From Nitrospirota bacterium (lineage in GTDB: Bacteria > Nitrospirota > UBA9217), in NCBI GenBank assembly GCA_963663225.1, contig OY760142.1:32001-96000 (forward strand): a stretch of DNA of 64,000 nt, in the 5' to 3' direction. The first letter of the stretch is position 1; every line of letters begins with the position of its first letter. Positions 51,616 to 59,912 of the stretch are shown here, one piece after another. Under the pieces are notes generated by a model, which ran no database searches, was not told where the DNA came from, and worked only from the letters and a program-made list of their open reading frames with translations. The translations under genes and the position numbers were made by a program.

Positions 51616-52338
51616 TTAACCCTTTTTCAAAATATTCCCTTTTATACCGATAATCGTTTCATCATACGGGATGCTTTTCCCTGAGTTTTTTACTGCTTCC
51701 TTCACGATATGAGTCAGTCCGGCACAGCACGGCACCTCCATCCTGACCACGGAAACACTCCGGACAGGGTTTTCAGAAAAAATCTGGGTTAGTTTATCCA
51801 AATAATAGCCCGCGTCATCGAGCTTCGGGCAGGCAATAATCAGCTTTTTATTCCTTAAAAATGAATTGTGAAAACCGGCTATTGAAAAAGCCGTGCAGTC
51901 CGCAGCAATCAGGATGTCCGTATTGTTAAAATACGGGGCATGAACGGGCACCAGCTTCAACTGCACCGGCCAATTGGTAAGCTCCGATCCCTGTGCATCC
52001 GCTGCCGGAGCGGAAGTAGTTGCGCGCTCTTTAAATTCAACAACCATGGAGCCGGGGCAACCGCACGGTTTGTCCGAAACCTCTGTTTTCTTTCGTTGCA
52101 GCGTCTGGACATGGCTTTTCGTCGCCTGTTCATCGAAGCCTGCTGCCTCGCGCTGGGTTATCGTTAATGCCCCTGTAGGACAGGTTCCGATGCACGCACC
52201 AAGGCCGTCACAGTAAATGTCCTTAACAAGTTTTGCTTTCCCATCGATAATCTGAAGCGCTGATTCTGCGCAGCTCGTTACACACTGTCCGCAACCGTTG
52301 CATTTGCTTTCATCAATCTCAATAATATTTCTTTTCAT
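51616..52338 (-). CDS. 4Fe-4S dicluster protein (FrdX-like, typically hcp-associated)
   Basis: CNGCGQC...C, CDGLGACIGTCP, GCPG, NWPVQL, AADC, CPKLD, MEVPCC. Confidence 0.85.
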   Translation of the reverse strand: MKRNIIEIDESKCNGCGQCVTSCAESALQIIDGKAKLVKDIYCDGLGACIGTCPTGALTITQREAAGFDEQATKSHVQTLQRKKTEVSDKPCGCPGSMVVEFKERATTSAPAADAQGSELTNWPVQLKLVPVHAPYFNNTDILIAADCTAFSIAGFHNSFLRNKKLIIACPKLDDAGYYLDKLTQIFSENPVRSVSVVRMEVPCCAGLTHIVKEAVKNSGKSIPYDETIIGIKGNILKKG

Positions 52339-52369
52339 GGCGGTTTCCTCCTCACCGTATCCTGATATT

Positions 52370-52411
52370 ATTATAGGTGCAACGCATAAACTTTTCCATG
52401 ATGTAGATCAT
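52370..52411 (-). promoter_or_regulatory. class II CRP/FNR-family activated promoter
   Basis: Palindrome ATGAT-GTAG-ATCAT (52398-52411) centred about -41.5 relative to TATAAT at 52375-52370. Confidence 0.7.
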
Positions 52412-52544
52412 ATCGATGCTTATGCTCAAAAAACATGCCGGCAGCTCTTTCTGCGCCACAAACAGTTGAACTTTTATCCTACCGTCCCACGTGTTTTTAT
52501 ATTATACTGAAACTAAACCACATGGCACAGGAGGAACCCCAAGA

Positions 52545-52814
52545 ATGAGCGAAGCTCTATTGAACATCGGATGGGCAATAATTTTCTCATTTATAGGAGG
52601 GATTGTCGGTATTATTCTGGTCCTGATTGCGACCACGTTGCTTCCCCGGCTCATCGATAAACTTACTCCAAAGATCGATGAAAACAAGGAAATTGCACGC
52701 GGCAATCAGGCGGTTGCTGAATATTTCGGCAGAATCACCTCGGCGGGAATCATCGGTATCAGCATCGTGATCGCAGCGGCGGTCCTCGGCGGGATCATCG
52801 CCGGCTTGCACTGA
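52545..52814 (+). CDS. DUF350 (YjfL-like) small membrane protein
   Basis: DKLTP.ID...EI..GN.AVA..IIGISIVIAAA motif; GGAGG RBS before ATG 52545. Confidence 0.8.
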   Translation: MSEALLNIGWAIIFSFIGGIVGIILVLIATTLLPRLIDKLTPKIDENKEIARGNQAVAEYFGRITSAGIIGISIVIAAAVLGGIIAGLH

Positions 52815-52894
52815 TAAGTCTCCGGGGTGCGTCTCGGCCGTACAATCTAAATGGGAAATTTTTTATTAAAAATCACGAGATTTTTGCTCACAAT

Positions 52895-55519
52895 ATGAAA
52901 AAAATCTTTATCTTCACGATATGCGCTATTTGTTTTCTAGCGTCAGGTTTCACACTTCATGCACGCGGTGGGGGTGGTTGCCTGATGCAGGGAACTCCCG
53001 TTCTCACACCATCGGGAAATGTTCCGGTGGAACAGTTGAAACCCGGCGACGTTGTGTTTGGAGTTAACAGAGGAACCCTGACCCGCGCTGTCGTCCGGTC
53101 TTTGAGCATGGTGCAGCCTGATCATTATATCCAAATTATCGTAAATGGGAAAATCGGCCTTGCGGTCACCCAGGAACATCCTATAGAAGTGTCCCTTGGC
53201 GTGTTCAGAATGGCTTCCTTGCTGAAATCCGGCAATAAGGTCAATATCATCAGCCAAAACAGGTTTATGACAGGAACCATAACCTCCATTTCCACCATAC
53301 CGGCCCGCCTGCCTGCATATAACCTGCTGGTGTCACCCGCAGGAACGTTTGTTGCAAACGGAATTGTTGTACACAATAAAGGGTGTTTTCTTCCCGAGAC
53401 CCTCATCAGAATGGCGGACGGCACCAGGATGCCCATATCTCAAATTAAGCAAGATGACCGGGTGCTCGCATTCAAGACTGACGGTACGATCGTCGCATCA
53501 CGCGTCAATACTATACTGTCCCATGATGTGGATGAATACCGTGTGGTGACCGCCGGCAATATGCTTTTGCACGTGACCAGCGAACACCCGTTTTATGTCG
53601 GGGCGGGAACATTTAAAACCCTTGATTCACTGCATATCAACGATACAGTCGTTATTTTCGACGGTGTGGGTCTCAGCAGCCAGAAAATCACGGATATCCG
53701 TACAGTACACAAAAAAATCCGTGTTTATAATCTCCAGACAGACAGTCCTCATACGTTCTTTGCAAATGGCGTCGCAGTGCATAATAAGGGAGGCGGATGT
53801 TTTCCTGCGGGCACGATGATACTGACGCCGCGCGGTGCTATCAGGATAGAAAGTCTTTTATCCGGGGATATAGTAACGGCAATTGACAGAGCAGGAAATC
53901 CTGTCGCAGTACCCGTCAAAGCAGTATACGTGACGTCCTCACCCCTGCTGATCGTCAGGACACCGCATGGTGTTTTAAGAACAACTCCGGAACATCCTCT
54001 CGCACTCGCATCAGGAGATTTCCGTCCGGCAGGGAATTTATTGCCCGGCAATGAAGTATTGATCTGGCAGAATTCAGAACAACGACGTGCAAGGGTACAG
54101 GCTGTCCAGCAGATAAGTACCTATGAGTCTGTTTACAATCTGACTGTGGATTTACCCCACACCTTTGTGGCCGACGATTTTATCGTGCATAATAAAGGCG
54201 GCGGAGGCTACCGCGGCGGCAGCTATCACTCGTCCGGCAGGTCATCCGGCACTTCCTCTGATGAATCAGTGATTGTGTTTGTTATCGCATTTTTTGCCGT
54301 TAGCGCATCCATAATAATAATTGCCGCTTTGCTCGTTAAAAGTTCGCAAAAAGGAAACCTGGACCATCTTTACAGCATTTCTCAAATTCGGGGCAAAAGC
54401 GATAAGACATTGAAACTCCTTGCATTTCTCTCAAAACAGGATTCGTTGATGGCCCCGAATGCGCTGAAGAAGACTACCGAATCCGTCTTTCTAAAACTGC
54501 AGTCATGCTGGCAGTCACGTGAATACGTTCCCATGAAACCGCTTCTGATGCCGGACCTCTACCAGAACCATCTTGACCAGATACAGAGCATGCTGCGCAA
54601 CCATGAAATCAATATCATCGACCACCTAAAGATCGAACGAATTGATCTCGTCAATGTTCGATACACGCTGAAGCAGAATGACCGGGAATTTACCGCTCTC
54701 GTCTCGGCAACGGCACAGGATTATTATCTTGACGACAGAACACGGAGCAAGCTGCGGGGAGATGAGGCGCCTGCTCAATTTCAGGAGTTCTGGACATTCC
54801 AGTATCTGGATGGAACATGGCTGTTGCGCGAAATCGAACAATCGGCTGAATCGGATATATTAAAAGAAGATAATTTTGTAGAACAATTAACAGACAAGGC
54901 AATAGAACAGATTTACGGGCAAACAGTCCCACGGTCCGGATTGTCCGGCCCCTGGCTCGAAAGAAATGTGGAAGCGAAGGAAACGCGCGTAGAAAGAATG
55001 TTGAACTTTCTGGTACAAACGGACAAACTCTGGAACCGCAGTGCAATGCTGCTTACTGCAAGAAATGTTTTTATCAAACTGATTGCTGCCTGGGAATCCG
55101 GGGACACGGCGCGAATCCCTTCTGACGATCTTTTCGCCGATATGGCATCGGATATGGAAAAACAGATTGCGAGGAACCGGACTGCTGAAACCGCTCTCGA
55201 ATTCCGGAATTTGTGCATCCGGAAAACAGAGTTGCTTCTTATCAACAATTTCTCCGATAACAGCAAGGATGAATTTGTGGTACGCATTCGCGCACACGCC
55301 CAAAAAATTCTTAAACAGCATGGAGTATTGGTACACCAGGATGAAGAGGTGGCCCCTTTCGAACAGTATCTGACATTCGGCAGGTTGAATAATCAATGGA
55401 AATTAAAAGAGGTTGTGAATGAAGGAACAAAAGACTCGCTGATTCAGCAGGAAAATATTGACCAGGAGTCTTCTCCACAGCAGATACAGTGGTACTATCA
55501 GCATAAGCGCGCTCTGTAG
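52895..55519 (+). CDS. exported protein: signal peptide + 3 tandem Hint domains + Gly-rich linker + TM + 2 Tim44-like domains
   Basis: Signal peptide ending LHA; three C...TxEHP...YNL...F...VHN units; TM aa 459-481; two units with Q/A..W, F.E.W/L.F and W.L.E motifs of Tim44-like fold. Confidence 0.88.
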   Translation: MKKIFIFTICAICFLASGFTLHARGGGGCLMQGTPVLTPSGNVPVEQLKPGDVVFGVNRGTLTRAVVRSLSMVQPDHYIQIIVNGKIGLAVTQEHPIEVSLGVFRMASLLKSGNKVNIISQNRFMTGTITSISTIPARLPAYNLLVSPAGTFVANGIVVHNKGCFLPETLIRMADGTRMPISQIKQDDRVLAFKTDGTIVASRVNTILSHDVDEYRVVTAGNMLLHVTSEHPFYVGAGTFKTLDSLHINDTVVIFDGVGLSSQKITDIRTVHKKIRVYNLQTDSPHTFFANGVAVHNKGGGCFPAGTMILTPRGAIRIESLLSGDIVTAIDRAGNPVAVPVKAVYVTSSPLLIVRTPHGVLRTTPEHPLALASGDFRPAGNLLPGNEVLIWQNSEQRRARVQAVQQISTYESVYNLTVDLPHTFVADDFIVHNKGGGGYRGGSYHSSGRSSGTSSDESVIVFVIAFFAVSASIIIIAALLVKSSQKGNLDHLYSISQIRGKSDKTLKLLAFLSKQDSLMAPNALKKTTESVFLKLQSCWQSREYVPMKPLLMPDLYQNHLDQIQSMLRNHEINIIDHLKIERIDLVNVRYTLKQNDREFTALVSATAQDYYLDDRTRSKLRGDEAPAQFQEFWTFQYLDGTWLLREIEQSAESDILKEDNFVEQLTDKAIEQIYGQTVPRSGLSGPWLERNVEAKETRVERMLNFLVQTDKLWNRSAMLLTARNVFIKLIAAWESGDTARIPSDDLFADMASDMEKQIARNRTAETALEFRNLCIRKTELLLINNFSDNSKDEFVVRIRAHAQKILKQHGVLVHQDEEVAPFEQYLTFGRLNNQWKLKEVVNEGTKDSLIQQENIDQESSPQQIQWYYQHKRAL
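52979..53377 (+). other. Hint / bacterial intein-like domain 1 (aa 29-161)
   Basis: G|CLMQGTPV, VTQEHP, AYNLLV..TFVANGIVVHN|K. Confidence 0.9.
53384..53785 (+). other. Hint / bacterial intein-like domain 2 (aa 164-297)
   Basis: G|CFLPETLI, VTSEHP, VYNLQT..HTFFANGVAVHN|K. Confidence 0.92.
53798..54193 (+). other. Hint / bacterial intein-like domain 3 (aa 302-433)
   Basis: G|CFPAGTMI, TTPEHP, VYNLTV..HTFVADDFIVHN|K. Confidence 0.92.
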
Positions 55520-55578
55520 GAGCTGGATGGCCGGCAATCGCACAAGATCGGCGCAGAAGGAGAAAAGGGGAGAAAAGG

Positions 55579-55941
55579 ATGGAAAATGTTGCCGTCGTGG
55601 GTGCAAGCCCAAAAAGTGACCGCTATTCTTATCAAGCCATGATATTACTTGAAGAGTCCGGGCACAATCCGATTCCCATTGCTCCGGTGAAACAGGAAAT
55701 ACTCGGGAAAAAAGTCTACCCGACGTTACAAGACGTACCGGATCGTATCGACACTATTACAGTGTATATCAGGCCTTCGCTGCAGGCCGCAGTACTCGAT
55801 GATGTTGTCCGTCTTAAACCTAGCCGCATCATTTTTAACCCGGGGACAGAGAATCCCAGAGAATACGACCGGCTCCGGAAAGCAGGCATTGAAGTGCTCG
55901 AAGCATGCACCTTGATTCTGCTGAGAACAAACCGGTTCTGA
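55579..55941 (+). CDS. CoA-binding domain protein (YccU-like)
   Basis: VAVVGASPK.DRYS, IDTIT.Y, IFNPGTEN, ACTL. Confidence 0.88.
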   Translation: MENVAVVGASPKSDRYSYQAMILLEESGHNPIPIAPVKQEILGKKVYPTLQDVPDRIDTITVYIRPSLQAAVLDDVVRLKPSRIIFNPGTENPREYDRLRKAGIEVLEACTLILLRTNRF

Positions 55942-55986
55942 AAAACCTGTGGAGGCAGGAGGCCCCATCGCATCCAGCCGTATCCG

Positions 55987-57417
55987 CTATCCTTTCACGC
56001 AGGCGATGGGTTTGACCCGCGCGACCCTTCTGGCAAGATTTGCGTTATGAGCGGCCTCAACTACTTCACCTACATCCTTGTATGACTCCGGCGCTTCTTC
56101 GGCAATGCCGGAGTATGAATGACCACGAATAAGTATCCCCCGCTCTTCCAGCGACGCAACAATCTCCTTCCCATGCCATCTTTTTTTTGCCTGCGTCCGG
56201 GACATTGCCCTTCCGGCGCCATGGCATGCGGAACCGAACGCGGTCTCCATTCCTTCATCGGTTCCGACAAGAATATACGACGATGTTCCCATGGTTCCGC
56301 CGATCAGAACCGGCTGCCCGACATGGCGGTATTCCTGCGGCAGATCAACTCGACAGGCCCCGAACGCCCGGGTTGCGCCCTTGCGGTGAACGTACAGTCT
56401 CTTCTTCTTTCCCCTGATCATATGCGTTTCAATCTTGCACGTATTGTGGCTGACGTCGTACAGCATCGTGATTCTGCTCTCGGGATAAACTTCAGAAAAT
56501 ATTTCCCGAACCAGATGGGCAATGATCTGACGGTTCGCCAATGCGCAGTTGATTCCGGCGCTCATTGCGCCAAAATATTTTTTCCCTTCAGGCGATATGA
56601 TCGGGGCGCAGGCCAACTCCCGGTCCTGTACAGTAATATTGTATTTGCGCAGAGTGACGGCAAGGTTTTTCAAATAGTCGGTGCCGATCTGGTGCCCGAG
56701 ACCGCGTGATCCGCTGTGGATGGAAATGAGAACGTCGTTTTTTTGAAGGCCCATGGCCTGCGCTGTTTCCTCCTGATAAATATCAGCCACCACCTGCACT
56801 TCGAGATAATGGTTTCCACTGCCCAGTGTCCCCATCTCGCGATGTTGCCGTTTTTTTGCCGTATCCGAAACAGCGTCCGGTTCCGCTCCTTCGACTCTGC
56901 CATGGTCTTCAATATATGCAAGATCTTCCGGGACTCCATAGCCTTTCCGTACTGCCCATGCAGCTCCTGCGGCAAGCATTTCGTCAATGTGCGCCGAAGA
57001 GAGTCTGATCAGCCCCTCAGACCCTACTCCCGCCGGCACTCGGGCATAAAGTTGGTCAATAAGCGATTGGAGTCTGGGCAGGACTTCCTCCCGCGTCAGA
57101 CCGGTCTTCATCGTCCGGACGCCGCAGGAAATATCGAAACCCACGCCACCCATGGAGATGATCCCGCCTTCATCCGGATCAAATGCGGCAACACCTCCGA
57201 TGGGGAAACCATATCCCCAATGCGCATCAGGCATTGCAATGGAAGCGAGCTGAATGCCGGGCAGCATGGCGACGTTTATCACCTGTTCGCGCACTTTCTC
57301 ATCCATCTCCCTGATTAATTTTTCGCTTGCGAAGATCCTGCCGGGGACCCGCATGGCGCCCTGCTGCGGTATCTCCCAGGTATAATCAGTAAGTTGAAGG
57401 AAGGATTTCGGATCCAT
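55987..57417 (-). CDS. rtcB: RNA ligase RtcB (archaeal-type)
   Basis: MPDAH.GYGFPIG, GFDISCG, GTLGSGNHY, HSGSRG, HRKGAT, HGAGR, EEAP..YK; likely ATG 57417. Confidence 0.96.
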   Translation of the reverse strand: MDPKSFLQLTDYTWEIPQQGAMRVPGRIFASEKLIREMDEKVREQVINVAMLPGIQLASIAMPDAHWGYGFPIGGVAAFDPDEGGIISMGGVGFDISCGVRTMKTGLTREEVLPRLQSLIDQLYARVPAGVGSEGLIRLSSAHIDEMLAAGAAWAVRKGYGVPEDLAYIEDHGRVEGAEPDAVSDTAKKRQHREMGTLGSGNHYLEVQVVADIYQEETAQAMGLQKNDVLISIHSGSRGLGHQIGTDYLKNLAVTLRKYNITVQDRELACAPIISPEGKKYFGAMSAGINCALANRQIIAHLVREIFSEVYPESRITMLYDVSHNTCKIETHMIRGKKKRLYVHRKGATRAFGACRVDLPQEYRHVGQPVLIGGTMGTSSYILVGTDEGMETAFGSACHGAGRAMSRTQAKKRWHGKEIVASLEERGILIRGHSYSGIAEEAPESYKDVGEVVEAAHNANLARRVARVKPIACVKG

Positions 57418-57481
57418 AAAAACTCCGGGACTCAAATACGCCAATTGCGGTTCGAGGAGGATGTATCTGGATTGCTTTTTA

Positions 57482-57898
57482 TCATACATCGACTACGCAT
57501 TGCGCAGTATATATTCCGTTTTTCTCAACCACACTCAATTGATGGTATGTGGCGCCTTTTACTTCCACCTTTGGTTCGTGGCGCTCCGTATCGAGACGTT
57601 CTCCCCACGCCGTTCCCGTCAGCGCCATATTCCGAATCGTTACTTTAAACGCAGAAAACACTATGTGTTCGAGGTCTGATACCGACAGCAGTGCGTTAAG
57701 CCATTCGACGAGAAGAAGCTCCGTGTCAGGCGCCGCAACAGTGACGGTCAAGGTCTCTTTCGGCTGCACCGCTTCGGTTTTTACCATGATGGAATACAGG
57801 GCCGCCGCGGCATTTTCAAAAGCCTCCTCCATGCTGCTGCCGGATCCCCGGATACCGATATCTGATTCGTGCTCAAACGTCTCGTATAACGCTCCCAA
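57482..57898 (-). CDS. archease
   Basis: EH.SDIG, EAFENAA, VKGATYH, C-terminal VDV; adjacent to rtcB. Confidence 0.93.
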   Translation of the reverse strand: MGALYETFEHESDIGIRGSGSSMEEAFENAAAALYSIMVKTEAVQPKETLTVTVAAPDTELLLVEWLNALLSVSDLEHIVFSAFKVTIRNMALTGTAWGERLDTERHEPKVEVKGATYHQLSVVEKNGIYTAQCVVDV

Positions 57899-57948
57899 TA
57901 ACTGCTCCTTATAAATTGTAATTCAAATTCTCTGCCGGAAACTACTGA

Positions 57949-58956
57949 TCACCAAAGCCCCGCTATATTTGCACCACAATAGCCACAGGTTCCTGCCTTT
58001 ACCATATTTTGAAGAACACGAAAACCTATCCGCTGAACCAGCGTTCGTTTACAATTCCAGCAGATTGTATCTTCTCCCTCGCCGGGAATATTTCCTTCAT
58101 ACACGTACCGGAGACCCGTTTCAAAACCAATCTGCCTGGCGCGGGCAAGTGTCTCCAGCGGCGTTTTCGGCTGGTCAAACAGTCTGTACATCGGATGAAA
58201 GCGTGATACATGCCACGGAATATTTTCACTTACCGATTTTATGAAACCGGCAATTTTTCTGAGTTCTTCGTCTGAATCATTATATCCGGGGATAATCAGA
58301 GTAGTAATTTCAACCCAGATGCCGATTTCCTTGTAAAGCCGTATCGAATCAAGCACCGGAGCAAGCCGCGCGCCGCATATCTTCGTATAAAAATCATCAC
58401 TGAAAGCCTTAAGATCGATATTTGCAGCATGGAGATACGGCTGTATCGTCTTCAGCGCTTCAGAAGTAATATATCCGTTTGTTACAAACACATTTTTCAG
58501 GCCGGATTCGCTTGCCAAACGGGCCGTGTCATAGGCCAATTCAAAATATATCGTCGGTTCGGTATAGGTATAGGAAATGCTGTCGCAACCGCGGTCACGG
58601 GCCTCCTTGACGATGGCACTTGGCGTTGCAGATTCACCTGCCAGGAGTCCGCTGTGATCCTGCGGAAGTTGAGAAATATCGGAATTTTGACAGTGCTTGC
58701 AACGGAAATTGCACCCGGGTGTTGCAATGGAGTAGGACAGGCTGCCTGGTCGAACATGAAAGAGGGGTTTTTTTTCAATGGGATCAACGTGACGGGCGAT
58801 CACCTTGTCATAGACCAGGCTGTACAGGACGCCATCGCGGTTTTCGCGAACAGCGCAAACGCCGCGTTTTCCGGGTGAAATAAGACAATGATGGTTGCAG
58901 AGGCCGCATTGTACTCTCTTGTTCTCTTTCGGCTGCTGGAACATTGCCTGTTTCAT
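57949..58956 (-). CDS. amrS: AmmeMemoRadiSam system radical SAM enzyme
   Basis: C..C...C N-terminal cluster, DPIEKKPLFH, GCNFRCKHCQN, YTYTEP, Y.GN. Confidence 0.9.
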   Translation of the reverse strand: MKQAMFQQPKENKRVQCGLCNHHCLISPGKRGVCAVRENRDGVLYSLVYDKVIARHVDPIEKKPLFHVRPGSLSYSIATPGCNFRCKHCQNSDISQLPQDHSGLLAGESATPSAIVKEARDRGCDSISYTYTEPTIYFELAYDTARLASESGLKNVFVTNGYITSEALKTIQPYLHAANIDLKAFSDDFYTKICGARLAPVLDSIRLYKEIGIWVEITTLIIPGYNDSDEELRKIAGFIKSVSENIPWHVSRFHPMYRLFDQPKTPLETLARARQIGFETGLRYVYEGNIPGEGEDTICWNCKRTLVQRIGFRVLQNMVKAGTCGYCGANIAGLW

Positions 58957-59018
58957 AGTTTCACCTTCTACGCCGCAGGCTTCTCATACTGCAGCCCGAC
59001 ACTTGGAAGGGTTCTTTT

Positions 59019-59816
59019 TCAACGCGCAGTCGATTTTTTTTGCTTTTCAATGCTGCGCTTATGGTCAAGCGCTTCAGCCTGAATCCTGATTTTACAGTGT
59101 GAACAGATAATATCCGGTGAAGCATTCCCGCAAGATAAACATTTTTTGTCTGGTTCTGATTCTGCTCCTTCGACGAGAAATATTTTTTCGAGAAAATCAC
59201 CTTCTGAAATGTCGCCATGCACCTGAAGATTGTTACCGGAGATTGTCGTGGGAAACACGCCAATGTTGTTTTTTTTGACAAGCTCGGGGAATTCATCAGC
59301 GTTGATAATGGCAGTCCTTATTTGTTCATTTTCAAGCGCAAGTCCGACGGCCGTTTCCGCAATCGATCGGCACAACGCATTGTCCTGATTCACAAAAATG
59401 TGCACCTGAACATGGCCGGTCAGCCGTTTCAAAGAATGCCTGATGCCGTCCGGGAGCCATGCTTTCGTTTCAGATACGAGCTGGATCGTGTCTAAAAGTA
59501 TTTCCAGAAACATCTTGCCGGTCGATCCATAAAATACCACTGAGCGCCCCGTCACTCCCAGAACCACCAGCGCAGGCACGCGTTGAATTCCATAGAGTTC
59601 CGTCTGATCCTTGTCCATAACGAGATCGTACGCTTCAACGCCTATTGTTTCCATTTTCCCCTTCACGGCACGAGCAAGTGCCAGCACAGCGGGGCATACC
59701 TCCGGGGCAGCGTTTTTAGTAAATACAATCAGTTTTACCGGTTTTGCAATTTTGGCGGTACTCGACCGGATGATACTCAGTTTTTCTTCCTCATGCATGG
59801 CAATCTGATCCTTCAT
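59019..59816 (-). CDS. double-thioredoxin (PDO/AhpF-NTD-like) protein lacking CxxC, with C-terminal Zn ribbon
   Basis: Two Trx folds (IVFT..PEVC, RVP; IFV..NALC, VFP); C-terminal CLSC...CSHC. Confidence 0.7.
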   Translation of the reverse strand: MKDQIAMHEEEKLSIIRSSTAKIAKPVKLIVFTKNAAPEVCPAVLALARAVKGKMETIGVEAYDLVMDKDQTELYGIQRVPALVVLGVTGRSVVFYGSTGKMFLEILLDTIQLVSETKAWLPDGIRHSLKRLTGHVQVHIFVNQDNALCRSIAETAVGLALENEQIRTAIINADEFPELVKKNNIGVFPTTISGNNLQVHGDISEGDFLEKIFLVEGAESEPDKKCLSCGNASPDIICSHCKIRIQAEALDHKRSIEKQKKSTAR

Positions 59817-59912
59817 GATTCGTCAGAATATATAAAGTATAGCAAATTCAGCGGCAAAGAATATAAAAAAGTCTTCAGTCTTTTTACGCACCGGTTTCGT
59901 CCGCGTATTTGT

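Noticed and set aside
52895-55519. Interpretation as a polymorphic toxin or as classical selfish inteins
   Set aside because: No toxin tip or immunity gene, C-terminus is TM + Tim44; no homing endonuclease and +1 residue is Lys
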